NCBI GenBank assembly: GCA_025456205.1
Contig: JALOLA010000001.1
Location: 65,459-129,458 of the forward strand
Direction: 5' to 3'
From: Acidobacteriota bacterium
Lineage (GTDB): Bacteria > Acidobacteriota > Aminicenantia > UBA2199
Length of the DNA: 64,000 nucleotides
The notes below the pieces were generated by a model, which saw only the letters and a program-made list of their open reading frames with translations, ran no database searches and was not told the origin of the DNA. Position 1 is the stretch's first letter; each line of letters begins with the position of its first letter. Made by a program: the position numbers and the translations under genes. Positions 20,333 to 29,715 of the stretch are shown here, one piece after another.

Positions 20333-21451
20333 ATGAAAACGCACATCACGATCCACGCCGCGAACCTGCTCCATAACTTGCGCATCTTCCAGCGCATCAC
20401 GCGCAAGCCGGTCATGTTCGCGGTCAAGGCCAATGCGTATGGCCACGGCTTGCGCGAGGTCATCGAGATCACGAGGAGCTCTCCCGCCGTCGGGTATTTT
20501 GCCGTGGATGCGCTGTCCGAGGCCCTGGCCGTCCACGCCCTGCAGCGGGAAAAGCCGGTGCTGGTCCTGGGCTGGACCGACAAGGATGAGCTGGAAGAGC
20601 TCGTGGCCAGGGGCTTCGAGACCGTCCTGCCGTCGGAGGAGCATCTGAAGGTGCTGCAGCGCATCGCGACCAGGCTGAAGCGCAAGGCTCTCGTCCACTT
20701 GAAGATCGAGACCGGGACCAACCGCCTCGGGCTCGCTCCCGACAAGGCCATGGCCCTGCTGCAGGCCATGGACAGGAGCAAGCTGGAGGTGCGCGGCGTC
20801 TATTCCCATTTTGCCAACATCGAGGACACCACCGACCCGGCTTTCGCGCAGCGGCAGCTGGAACTCTTCCGCTCCGTCCTGCCCCGCTTCGCATCCACAC
20901 GCGTTTGCCGCCACTTTTCAAGCTCGGCCGCAAGCCTGCTGTTCCCCGAGACCCACTTTGACATGGCCCGCGTGGGCATCTCGGCATACGGCTACTGGCC
21001 TTCCCGGCAAACCCATGCCCTGTACCTGGAAAAGAACAAGCCCGGCATCGACCTGCGGCCGGTGCTGAGCTGGCACGCCAAGGTGGCCCAGGTCAAGCAG
21101 CTGGAAAAGGGGGCGGCGATCGGCTACGGTCTTACCTACAAGACCTTTTCCAGGACCAGGATCGTCGTTGTCCCGGTCGGGTATTACGACGGCTACGACC
21201 GCAAGCTCTCCAATGCCTCGCAGGTGCTGGTCAACGGCGTCAAGGCACCGGTACGCGGGCGCATCTGCATGAACATGTTCATGGTTGACATAAGTCATAT
21301 CCGCAACGTGAAGGCCGGGGCCCCGGTCATCCTTCTGGGCGGCGAAGGTCGTGAACGGATCGATGCCGACATGCTGGCCGAATGGTCCGGCACCATCAAC
21401 TACGAGGTCCTGTCCAGGCTCAATCCACTGATCCCCAGGATGGTGATCTGA
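20333..21451 (+). CDS. alr: Alanine racemase
   Basis: PLP-lysine motif AVKANAYGHG; full-length match to the Alr architecture. Confidence 0.93.
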   Translation: MKTHITIHAANLLHNLRIFQRITRKPVMFAVKANAYGHGLREVIEITRSSPAVGYFAVDALSEALAVHALQREKPVLVLGWTDKDELEELVARGFETVLPSEEHLKVLQRIATRLKRKALVHLKIETGTNRLGLAPDKAMALLQAMDRSKLEVRGVYSHFANIEDTTDPAFAQRQLELFRSVLPRFASTRVCRHFSSSAASLLFPETHFDMARVGISAYGYWPSRQTHALYLEKNKPGIDLRPVLSWHAKVAQVKQLEKGAAIGYGLTYKTFSRTRIVVVPVGYYDGYDRKLSNASQVLVNGVKAPVRGRICMNMFMVDISHIRNVKAGAPVILLGGEGRERIDADMLAEWSGTINYEVLSRLNPLIPRMVI

Positions 21452-21478
21452 GATGAGAATACGAAAACGAGGCAACGG

Positions 21479-21505
21479 GGAACTTTTTCCCGGCGCTGTC
21501 GTTTA
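21479..21505 (+). promoter_or_regulatory. Possible ECF-type autoregulated promoter
   Basis: GGAAC-16 nt-CGTTTA directly upstream of the ECF sigma gene. It would leave only a few nt of leader. Confidence 0.3.
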
Positions 21506-21514
21506 TTGGTGTGT

Positions 21515-22054
21515 ATGGAAATAACGGATATCTTGTCGAAGTGCCGGAACAACGACCGCGAGGCGTGGAACATGCTGATTAACGCCTATTCCAAGTCGGT
21601 TTACAATATCGCCCTGAATTTTTTTGCCGAAAGGGATATCGCTTCCGATGTCACTCAGGAGATCTTCATCAAGCTGTATCATAATCTTGATAAATTCAGG
21701 GAAGAAAAGAGCTTTACCTCCTGGGTTTTTGCGATTTCCCGCAACTATTGCATCGATTATTGGCGAAAAAACAAGAAATACATGGCCAACAGCCAGGAAC
21801 TCGATGAAAACATCAATACTGGCCTGCCGACTCCCGAGGATAACCTGGTCAGGGAATCCGAGATCGAGGTCTTAAGAAAGAAGATCGCCCAGCTGGAACC
21901 GGACCTGCGGTTGATCCTCATCATGCGGGACATCCACGACCTGTCTTACCAGGAGATCGCCGAACGGTTTTCCATTCCCGAGGGGACGGTCAAGTCTCGT
22001 ATCAATCGCGCCCGGCTGAAACTGGCCGAGGCGTACATGCGGGAGGGATCATGA
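21515..22054 (+). CDS. ECF-family RNA polymerase sigma-70 factor
   Basis: Region 2 (DVTQEIFIKLY...FTSWVFAISRNYCIDYWRK) and region 4 (LSYQEIAERFSIPEGTVKSRINRAR). Alternative TTG start at 21506. Confidence 0.9.
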   Translation: MEITDILSKCRNNDREAWNMLINAYSKSVYNIALNFFAERDIASDVTQEIFIKLYHNLDKFREEKSFTSWVFAISRNYCIDYWRKNKKYMANSQELDENINTGLPTPEDNLVRESEIEVLRKKIAQLEPDLRLILIMRDIHDLSYQEIAERFSIPEGTVKSRINRARLKLAEAYMREGS

Positions 22055-22587
22055 TCAAGAAATGCAGGGAGATCGAGGCCTTGCTCTCGGCTTACCTGGA
22101 GAACGACCTTTCCAGCGCGGACGCGTCCAGCGTCGCGGAGCACTTGGGGACCTGTCCCGCCTGCCTGGCCAAGAAGGAAAAAATGGAGGAGATCATCTTC
22201 CGCCTGTCCGATCTCCAGGAAGAGGTACCTTTTTTTCTCAAGAACCGGCTCTATAATATTCCCGATATTTTGGAGAAAAAAGCCCCGGCCAAGGTCTTCA
22301 TTTTCCCCAAATGGCTGGCTGCCGCCATCGGAACGGTCATTTTATTCCTGAATTTGTTTTATTTCACCAATATTTTCCCGCCGGTCAATCGTGAAATGCA
22401 CTCATTCGTCTCCAATGTTGAAAAGATCATCGTAAAAACCGGCGGCTGGTTCGAAAAAGTCAAGGAATCAAAAGACCTGCTTTTTTTCACTTTTTTCAAT
22501 AAAAAATCCATTGAGATCAAGGATGGCAGCAGGAGCCAGGACGCGATCAGCGCCAAGAACTTCGATAAAGGAGGAAAAAATGGATAA
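22051..22587 (+). CDS. Anti-sigma factor, zf-HC2 type, single TM
   Basis: HLGTCPAC (H-x3-C-x2-C) about 35 aa from the N-terminus; TM segment; 4-nt overlap with the sigma gene. Confidence 0.75.
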   Translation: MIKKCREIEALLSAYLENDLSSADASSVAEHLGTCPACLAKKEKMEEIIFRLSDLQEEVPFFLKNRLYNIPDILEKKAPAKVFIFPKWLAAAIGTVILFLNLFYFTNIFPPVNREMHSFVSNVEKIIVKTGGWFEKVKESKDLLFFTFFNKKSIEIKDGSRSQDAISAKNFDKGGKNG

Positions 22588-23065
22588 CAACCTGGATACG
22601 GGCCGAGGCGTTCGTGAAAAAAACCCGTCTTTAGCCGCGTTTCTGGCGATATTCCCGGGGATGGGCGCCATTTACAACGGGAATTTTCTCAAGGGCATCA
22701 CATATATATTGGTTTTCGCGGTACTGATCGTGCTCACCGACAACGCCCAGGACCCCGATTCGGTGGTTTTCGGGCTGATGATCGCCGGGTTCTATATTTT
22801 CCAGATCATTGACAGCTACAACGAGGCCTGCCGACTGAACAGGGGCGGGTCTAGCGGGAACGGCCAGGCGGAGGGCAAAGAGGACCTCTCCCTGTTCTCG
22901 GCCGTGGCCGTGCTGGTCATCGGCGTTCTTTTCCAGCTGGTCAACTTCGACGTGCTGACGTTCCGCCAGGTCACCCGGCTCTGGCCGCTGGCCCTGATCG
23001 CCTTCGGCGTCAAGATCGTCTTCAACTATTTCAAGCGCGAGGAAAACCAAAATGGCAAACACTAA
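22580..23065 (+). CDS. Membrane protein, TM2-like N-terminus plus LiaI-LiaF-like TM C-terminus
   Basis: AAGGAGG SD; FLAIFPGMGAIYNGNFLKGITYIL; C-terminal LWPLALIAFGVKIVF repeat type. Confidence 0.7.
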   Translation: MDNNLDTGRGVREKNPSLAAFLAIFPGMGAIYNGNFLKGITYILVFAVLIVLTDNAQDPDSVVFGLMIAGFYIFQIIDSYNEACRLNRGGSSGNGQAEGKEDLSLFSAVAVLVIGVLFQLVNFDVLTFRQVTRLWPLALIAFGVKIVFNYFKREENQNGKH

Positions 23066-23237
23066 GAAGGAATCGTTGTTCTGGGGGCTGATCATACTGG
23101 TCCTGGGGATGCTCTTCCTGCTGAAGAATTTCGGCCTGGAGATCAATGTCTGGCACCTGCTGGGCAAATACTGGCCCCTGATCCTGGTCTATATCGGCCT
23201 GAAGAACATCTACCTGTACGTGAAAAAAAACCGATGA
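23052..23237 (+). CDS. Small membrane protein (LiaI-LiaF-like TM / DUF5668-like)
   Basis: 61 aa, two TM segments, motif WPLILVYIGLKNI resembling the preceding gene's C-terminus. Confidence 0.6.
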   Translation: MANTKKESLFWGLIILVLGMLFLLKNFGLEINVWHLLGKYWPLILVYIGLKNIYLYVKKNR

Positions 23238-24490
23238 AAAAAAAAGAGATCTTCCTGGTCGCGGTCCTCGTTGTTTTCGGCGTGGTCTACCAGGCCGTCG
23301 AAAAGGGCAGGGTGCGCTTCGCCGAGAATTTCTCCTTCTATACCGATGAGCGGCGGCTGAAGGGAAGCCGCTTCACTGAATTCCCCGCTGCGGACCTGCA
23401 GTTCGCCGGCGTGAGCCGGATCGTCATCGAGAACCCCGCCGGCGAGATCACCGTCGATCCCTCCGCCGACGGCCAGGTGCACCTGGCTTCGCTGCAGCGC
23501 GTTTACTATTCCGGCGAGAACGCCGTGAACGAGACGCACAGGAAGACCGACGTGCGCAGCGTCCTTGACAACGGCACCCTGAAGGTCTCGGTCCATTATC
23601 CCACGGCTTTTCCCTACCGGCACCTGCGCGTCCTTTTCCGGCTGCAGGTTCCCGCGGACATCCCGCTGTCCATCGCCAACCATGAAGGCGACGTGGTCGT
23701 GCGCGGCACGGGAAAAGACCTGAGCCTCGACCAGGAGAACGGCGGCCTGGTGCTGGAGAACATTCCGGGGCGGGCCCAGTTGCACCTGAAGAACTGCGTG
23801 GCCCGGGTCAAGGGCCTGGCCGATCACGCCGAGATCACGGCCTCGCGCACGGAACTGCGCCTGGAAGACGCGGTCTCCCTGCGCCTGAATGGCCGGCACG
23901 GCGAATGCGCCATCAAGAACGTGAAGAACGACGTAAGCGTGGAATACGCCTATGGCCGGCTGCGGGTCGACGGCGCCGGCAAACTGGACATCGCGGCGCG
24001 GCACTGCGACATCCGGACGCTCAACATCGCGAACGGGGCGGTCATCGCCAACAAGTACGAGCGCATCCTCCTTGAGAATGCCGGCGGCGACATCCGCCTG
24101 TCCAACCGCTCGGGCCGGATCGAGCTGAACCGTTCCGCGGCCGCGAATGTCGTGATCGAGAATTCCTATGCCGACATCCGGCTGGCGGGTTTTTCGGCAA
24201 CGAGCCTGGATGTTCTCCTGAAGAACGGCAACCTGGAGCTGCAGGCGGAGAACATCGCGGAGCGCATCAATGTCAAGGCCCAGCAGGCGCAGCTGCATTT
24301 TGTGCTTGCCGCCCTGGCCGACCCGACGTTCAGCATCAAGATCCGCCATGGCCGGATCTTCGCCCAGCCGAGCCTGGGGCTGGAGAGCTTCGAGGAGAAC
24401 GACGAAAGCTTCGCCAACCGCAGCGGGCAGAAGCCCGAGATACTCATCCATAATACCTATGGCGACGTGCGGCTGAAGATCGCGGACTGA
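23234..24490 (+). CDS. DUF4097/toastrack-like beta-helix protein with N-terminal TM
   Basis: TM anchor, then repeated roughly 20-aa strand units (..GDI.L.N..G.I.L..). Context after ECF/anti-sigma and LiaF-like TM proteins. Confidence 0.7.
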   Translation: MKKKEIFLVAVLVVFGVVYQAVEKGRVRFAENFSFYTDERRLKGSRFTEFPAADLQFAGVSRIVIENPAGEITVDPSADGQVHLASLQRVYYSGENAVNETHRKTDVRSVLDNGTLKVSVHYPTAFPYRHLRVLFRLQVPADIPLSIANHEGDVVVRGTGKDLSLDQENGGLVLENIPGRAQLHLKNCVARVKGLADHAEITASRTELRLEDAVSLRLNGRHGECAIKNVKNDVSVEYAYGRLRVDGAGKLDIAARHCDIRTLNIANGAVIANKYERILLENAGGDIRLSNRSGRIELNRSAAANVVIENSYADIRLAGFSATSLDVLLKNGNLELQAENIAERINVKAQQAQLHFVLAALADPTFSIKIRHGRIFAQPSLGLESFEENDESFANRSGQKPEILIHNTYGDVRLKIAD

Positions 24491-24504
24491 TTGTTGCATT
24501 TTTT

Positions 24505-25104
24505 TTGCCTTTGGGATATGTTGGGATGACGATGGGAAAAGTCGTCACCTTGCCGAACGTCCTCAGCCTGTTGCGCCTGTTCATGATCCCCCTGATCATC
24601 CTCCTGATGGTCCATGTCAACGATGACCTGTTCCCCTACCTGATCGCCATCTACTGCATTGCCGTCTTCCTCGATTTTCTGGACGGCTACATCGCCCGCA
24701 GATTCTCCCAGGAAAGCGAACTGGGAAAGATCATCGACCCCCTTGCCGACAAGTTCCTGGTCCTGGCCATCCTGGTCACTTTGGCCCTGAAGTTCGATTT
24801 TCCACTGTGGCTGGCGGCGTTCATTATCCTGCGGGACATCCTCATCCTGTGGGCCAGCGTCGTGCTCTACCGTGGCAAGCGCATCGTCAAGCCCTCTCTC
24901 GTGGTAGGCAAGTTCACCTTTGCCCTGCTGAGCCTGCTGATCTTTGTCTTTATCGTCGACCTGCACGAGAAGATCGACCTGCTGGCGGTCAAGCAGTTTC
25001 TGGTAGCCCTGACCTTTTCTTTCCTGCTGTGGTCCTGGGGCGCGTATTTCCTGGTTTACCTGAGAGAGAAAAATGGAAGAAAAGAACACGATCTTGATCG
25101 TTGA
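24505..25104 (+). CDS. pgsA: CDP-alcohol phosphatidyltransferase (PgsA-like)
   Basis: Signature DFLDGYIARR...G...DPLADK. Confidence 0.85.
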   Translation: MPLGYVGMTMGKVVTLPNVLSLLRLFMIPLIILLMVHVNDDLFPYLIAIYCIAVFLDFLDGYIARRFSQESELGKIIDPLADKFLVLAILVTLALKFDFPLWLAAFIILRDILILWASVVLYRGKRIVKPSLVVGKFTFALLSLLIFVFIVDLHEKIDLLAVKQFLVALTFSFLLWSWGAYFLVYLREKNGRKEHDLDR

Positions 25105-25441
25105 CGACGAGGGGGACATCCGCCTGCTGCTCCAGGAATTCCTGGAGAAGAACGGCTTTGCCGTGCAGGTCGCCGAGGACGGGCACAAGGCCCTGCAGCT
25201 GGCCGCGGAGAACCTTCCCGACCTGGTCATCACCGACCTGCTGCTGCCGAAGGAGCACGGCATCGACGTGATCCAGACCATCAAGGACCGGTTCCTCCTG
25301 CCCGTCATCGCCATCTCCGGCATCTACAAAAAGGAGGAGATCAGGGAAAGGATCGGCGATGTCTTCATCGACGATTTTTTCGAAAAGCCGCTGGACCTCG
25401 CGGCCCTGCTGGCCAGCGTCCGCTCCATCCTCAATGGATGA
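25073..25441 (+). CDS. Stand-alone response regulator receiver (CheY-like)
   Basis: ILIVDDE, phospho-acceptor context LVITDLLLP, conserved K in FEKP. No output domain. Confidence 0.9.
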   Translation: MEEKNTILIVDDEGDIRLLLQEFLEKNGFAVQVAEDGHKALQLAAENLPDLVITDLLLPKEHGIDVIQTIKDRFLLPVIAISGIYKKEEIRERIGDVFIDDFFEKPLDLAALLASVRSILNG

Positions 25442-26378
25442 GCCGTTCCATTCGTTCGCCGCGTTCCTGAACAAGAAATTTCCCGGCGGCAAGGTGCTGA
25501 AGATCCCGATCGACGCGGGCTTCTCCTGCCCCAACCGCGATGGCACGCTTTCCAAGGACGGCTGCATCTTCTGCGACCGCTATGCCGCCGGCCCCGTCGC
25601 CACGGCGGGCTGGACGATCGAGGCGCAGATCGCCGCGCGCATCCGGCGGCACCCCGACAGGAGATTCATCGCCTATTTCCAGGCGAACTGCAACACCTAT
25701 GCTCCCGTCGCGGAACTGCGCCGCAAGTACGGGATCGTATTCGGCTACGAGGAGATCGTCGGATTGTTCGTCGGCACCCGGCCCGACACCCTGCCGCCGG
25801 TGGTGCTGGACCTGCTGGCGGAACTGCAGCAGCGCATATATTTATGCGTGGAGCTGGGACTGCAGTCCGCGCATGACCGCAGCCTGGCGCTGCTGAACCG
25901 CAACCACACCTATGGGCAGTTCGAGACGGCCTTTCGCGAGCTGCGCGCGCGCGGCATCGACACCGTCGTTCACCTGATCGTCGGCATCCCCGGCGAAACG
26001 CTTGCGGACATGCGCGCGACCATCGCCGCCGTGAACGCCCTGCAACCGGCCGGAGTCAAGTTCCATCCGCTGCACGTGCTCGCGGGCACGGAGCTGCAGG
26101 CGCTGCACGCCCGCGCGCCCCTGCCGCTGCCGCGGCGGGAGGAGTACGCGATGATCATCAGCGACCTGCTGGAGCGGCTCGACCCCGCCATCGTGGTGCA
26201 CCGGCTCACGGCGGACCGCGAGCGCGAACTGTTCGTCGCCCCGCTGTGGGCCCTGAACAAGCCCGCGGTGCTTGATTCCATCCGCGCGACGATGAAACGG
26301 GCCGGCACGTTCCAGGGGCGGCTTTTTGCGCAGGCCCATGGCGAGGGCGCCGTTGACAATAAAAAGCAAATGATGTAA
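25434..26378 (+). CDS. TIGR01212-family radical SAM protein
   Basis: IDAGFSCPNRDG....GCIFCD cluster motif typical of this family. ATG at 25434 overlaps the receiver gene's stop by 8 nt. Confidence 0.85.
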   Translation: MDEPFHSFAAFLNKKFPGGKVLKIPIDAGFSCPNRDGTLSKDGCIFCDRYAAGPVATAGWTIEAQIAARIRRHPDRRFIAYFQANCNTYAPVAELRRKYGIVFGYEEIVGLFVGTRPDTLPPVVLDLLAELQQRIYLCVELGLQSAHDRSLALLNRNHTYGQFETAFRELRARGIDTVVHLIVGIPGETLADMRATIAAVNALQPAGVKFHPLHVLAGTELQALHARAPLPLPRREEYAMIISDLLERLDPAIVVHRLTADRERELFVAPLWALNKPAVLDSIRATMKRAGTFQGRLFAQAHGEGAVDNKKQMM

Positions 26379-26381
26379 AAA
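26353..26381 (+). promoter_or_regulatory. Possible promoter for the DnaJ/TPR gene
   Basis: TTGACA-17-TAAAAA inside the 3' end of the radical SAM gene; leader carries AGGAAAGAG. Confidence 0.4.
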
Positions 26382-26409
26382 TAGACGCAAGGGGTGTAAC
26401 AGGAAAGAG

Positions 26410-27843
26410 ATGGGAAAAAGGGTGATCGAATCCCCGGTGCCGTTCGTTCTGCGCAAGGTCTTTGTTGAGAAGATCACCGGAGAACTGGTCATCAAGGGCG
26501 AAAACTTTGAAAAGAACATCTATTTCAGCCAGGGTGACCTTTGCTTTGCCCGGACCAACGTGCTGCACGAGCGGCTGGGCGAAGTGCTGTTCAAGATCGG
26601 CAAGATAGACCAGACGCAGTTCTGGGACATCCACAAGCTGATCTCGGGCCAGAAGGGAAGGATCGGCGGCATCCTGGTCCAGAACAATTTCATCTCCCAG
26701 AAGGACCTGTTCTTCGGGCTGATCCACCAGGTGCGGGTGATCGCCCTGTCCACGTTCGCCCTCACCAGCGGCGAATGGGAGTTCACGCCCAAGCTGCCGG
26801 AGCTTCCCGAGGATTCGCGCTTCAAGATCGAGCTGCCCGGGATCTTCGTCGAGGGCGTGCCGCGCTTCAAGAGCCTGCCCCTGTTCAAGAGCAATTTCCT
26901 GAAGCGCACCCTGCAGACCAAGCCCATTTCCGATGAGATCAACAGCTTTCTCAAGAGCGACGACGTCGAGTTATTCAAGGTGCTGGCCGCCCATCCCGGC
27001 GAGACGGTCGAGCAAGCGGCGGCGGCAGCGGGCCTCGCCGACGAGGTCCTCTGGCAGAAGCTGGCGCTCTTTTTTCTGCTGAACATACTGGAATTCCCGC
27101 CGCCGCCCGTCAACCGCGAACTGAGCCAGAATAATGAAGCCCTGCTGGCCTTATATGAGAGCATGAAGGCCAGGGACATGGATTATTATGAGGTGTTCAA
27201 CCTCAAGAACAACGCCACGTTCAACGAGATCAAGGAAGTCTATTACCAGCACGCAAAAAAATTCCATCCCGACCGCCTGGGCGAAACCTCGAACCCGGAG
27301 CTGAGGGAAAAGGCCAATTTTGTTTTCGCCCGCATCAACAAGGCCTTCGAAGTCCTCAGCAACGAGGAAAAGAGGCGGGAATATGACATGAAGGGGTACA
27401 AGGAGATCCAGGCCGCGGAAAAAACCAACGAAAACCTGGTTGAAAAAGCCAACCTGTATTATCGCAAGGCCAAGACGCTTTATTCCCAGCAACGGTTCCG
27501 GGAGACGGCCAGCCTCATGGAGGAAGCGATCCGCAACGATGCCAACAAGGCGCCCTATTATCTCCTGCTGGGCCTGGCCCAGTCCAACATTCCCAACCTG
27601 CGCCGCGTCGCCGAGAAGAGCTTCCAGCGGGTCATCGAGATGGAGCCCTGGAACCCCGAGCCCTATGCCGCCCTGGGCCTCTTGTTCCAATACGAGAAAA
27701 TGGACAAGCGCGCCGAGAACTTTTTCAGGAAAGCCCTGGCCATCGACCCCGAGCACGGCCTGGCCAAGAAGCGGCTCGGTGAATTGCTTGGCGCCACAGA
27801 CAAGAAATCTTCGGTTTTTTCGATCTTCCAGAAAAAAAAGTAG
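26410..27843 (+). CDS. J-domain protein with DUF4388-like N-terminus and C-terminal TPR repeats
   Basis: J domain DYYEVFNL...AKKFHPDR; TPR-like repeats at the C-terminus. Confidence 0.85.
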   Translation: MGKRVIESPVPFVLRKVFVEKITGELVIKGENFEKNIYFSQGDLCFARTNVLHERLGEVLFKIGKIDQTQFWDIHKLISGQKGRIGGILVQNNFISQKDLFFGLIHQVRVIALSTFALTSGEWEFTPKLPELPEDSRFKIELPGIFVEGVPRFKSLPLFKSNFLKRTLQTKPISDEINSFLKSDDVELFKVLAAHPGETVEQAAAAAGLADEVLWQKLALFFLLNILEFPPPPVNRELSQNNEALLALYESMKARDMDYYEVFNLKNNATFNEIKEVYYQHAKKFHPDRLGETSNPELREKANFVFARINKAFEVLSNEEKRREYDMKGYKEIQAAEKTNENLVEKANLYYRKAKTLYSQQRFRETASLMEEAIRNDANKAPYYLLLGLAQSNIPNLRRVAEKSFQRVIEMEPWNPEPYAALGLLFQYEKMDKRAENFFRKALAIDPEHGLAKKRLGELLGATDKKSSVFSIFQKKK

Positions 27844-27883
27844 ACTCGCGCCCACTACATTTTGTGTTTAAAAAAAAACAATA

Positions 27884-27911
27884 TTGACATTTAGTGTTTT
27901 TCAGGTAAGAT
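27884..27911 (+). promoter_or_regulatory. glgA promoter
   Basis: A9 tract, then TTGACA-16-TAAGAT; leader carries GAGGGG. Confidence 0.55.
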
Positions 27912-27947
27912 AGCACAGTTGTCCAAAATGAGATCGAGGGGAAAAAC

Positions 27948-29402
27948 GTGAACATCCTATACCTGTCTTCCGAAGCGGTGCCGTTTGCGAAAACCGGCGG
28001 CTTGGGTGACGTGGCGGGTGTTCTGCCCCGGCTCCTGGCGCAGAGCGCGAACGTGTCGTTGATGCTGCCCGACTACATGACGGAAAGCATCAAGGGGTCA
28101 GGGGCTCTCGTGGTGGACCGCTTTCCGCTCACCGTCGGGACGCAGGATTTTGAGGCGGTCGTAAAAAAAACCGTATGCGCTCCGGGTTTTTCCGTCTATT
28201 TCATCGCCAATGATCTGCTTTTCGGCCGCGAGGGCCTCTATGGCGATGCTGCCGGCGATTATGGCGATAATTTCATCCGCTTTCTTTTCTTTCAAAAAGC
28301 CGTCATGGAGCATGTCCGTCGCGAGCAACTGAGCTTTGACATCATCCACTGCAATGACTGGCAAACGGCCCTGGTCCCCCTGTTCGTGAACATGGAGCCG
28401 CGGCCGGAGTCGCTGCGCCGGGTTAAAACCGTTTTCTCCATCCATAACCTGGGCTACCAGGGAATATTCCCGGCAGCCGCCTTCGCTGAATCGGAGCTGC
28501 CCGGCCATCTTTTTTCAGCGGAATACCTCGAATTCTATGGCAACTTGAACTGCATGAAGGCCGGGATCATTTTTTCCGATCGCCTGCTCACCGTCAGCCC
28601 CACGTATGCCCGGGAGATCGTCGGCGCCGAGAAAGGTTTCGGCCTGGACGGGCTGCTGGCGAAGTTTTCCTCCAAGTTGAGCGGCATTCTGAATGGCGTG
28701 GATTACAGCCTGTGGGATCCCCGCAACGATCCGTTCATCGAACACCGCTATTCAGCCGCCGCGCTGGCCGGGAAGAAAAAGAACAAGCAGGCGCTCTACA
28801 AAGAGCTCGCCATCGCGGCCGCCGTCGATTCGCCGCTGCTGGTGATGATCTCGCGCATCTCCGCCCAGAAGGGAGTCGACCTCCTCCTCGAGCTGCTGCC
28901 GGCGCTGCTGCAGGAGGACCTCCATTTCATTTTTCTTGGCGTGGGCGACCGCGCCTGGACCGGGGAGCTGGGCGATGTGGCCGGCCGCTTCCCGCAACGC
29001 ATGACCTTCTTGAACTGTTTTGATGAAAAACTGGCCCACCGCCTGGAAGCCGCGGCTGACATGCTGTTCATGCCCTCCTCCTATGAACCTTGCGGGCTGA
29101 ACCAGATCTACAGCCTGCGTTACGGCACGGTCCCCGTCGTGCGCGCGACGGGAGGCCTGGAAGATTCGGTACAGGAATTCGATCCGCAGACGCGGCAGGG
29201 GACCGGCTTCAAATTCAAGGGCAGCGACGCGGCCGGGGTCCTGGCCGTGATCCGGCGTGCCCTGCGCATGTTCGCCGACCGTGATCTGTGGCGCAAGCTG
29301 CAAGAAAACGGCATGGGCATGGATTTTTCGTGGGAACGGGTCGTTCCGCACTATTTTGATCTATATAAGAAAATGTTATCGGAGGACGCTCAGCATGTCT
29401 GA
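27948..29402 (+). CDS. glgA: Glycogen synthase (ADP-glucose type)
   Basis: GTG start; N-terminus EAVPFAKTGGLGDV; PSSYEPCGL motif. Confidence 0.93.
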   Translation: MNILYLSSEAVPFAKTGGLGDVAGVLPRLLAQSANVSLMLPDYMTESIKGSGALVVDRFPLTVGTQDFEAVVKKTVCAPGFSVYFIANDLLFGREGLYGDAAGDYGDNFIRFLFFQKAVMEHVRREQLSFDIIHCNDWQTALVPLFVNMEPRPESLRRVKTVFSIHNLGYQGIFPAAAFAESELPGHLFSAEYLEFYGNLNCMKAGIIFSDRLLTVSPTYAREIVGAEKGFGLDGLLAKFSSKLSGILNGVDYSLWDPRNDPFIEHRYSAAALAGKKKNKQALYKELAIAAAVDSPLLVMISRISAQKGVDLLLELLPALLQEDLHFIFLGVGDRAWTGELGDVAGRFPQRMTFLNCFDEKLAHRLEAAADMLFMPSSYEPCGLNQIYSLRYGTVPVVRATGGLEDSVQEFDPQTRQGTGFKFKGSDAAGVLAVIRRALRMFADRDLWRKLQENGMGMDFSWERVVPHYFDLYKKMLSEDAQHV

Positions 29403-29715
29403 AATCATATCGGTCAACGACGGGAATTTTGAAAGCTTCATCCAGGGCGACCGCATGGTCATCGTCGACTTCTGGGCCCCGACCTGCATGCCTTGCCGGC
29501 TGATGGAGCCTGGGCTGGAAAAGATCGCGGCCAGTCACCCGGAGAACGTCCGGGTCCTGAAGGTCAATGTCAACGAAAACCCCAAGACCTCTTCCCGTTA
29601 CTTCGTGCGCACCCTGCCGACCCTGCTCTTTATCAAGGACGGCCAGGTGCGGACGCAGATCGTCGGTGCCGTCAACCCCGTGCAGATCGAAAAAACGCTC
29701 AGCGAGGTGAGTTGA
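29395..29715 (+). CDS. trxA: Thioredoxin with atypical TCMPC active site
   Basis: VIVDFWAPTCMPCR...LPTLLFIKDGQ. ATG 29395 overlaps the glgA end by 8 nt. Confidence 0.88.
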   Translation: MSEIISVNDGNFESFIQGDRMVIVDFWAPTCMPCRLMEPGLEKIAASHPENVRVLKVNVNENPKTSSRYFVRTLPTLLFIKDGQVRTQIVGAVNPVQIEKTLSEVS

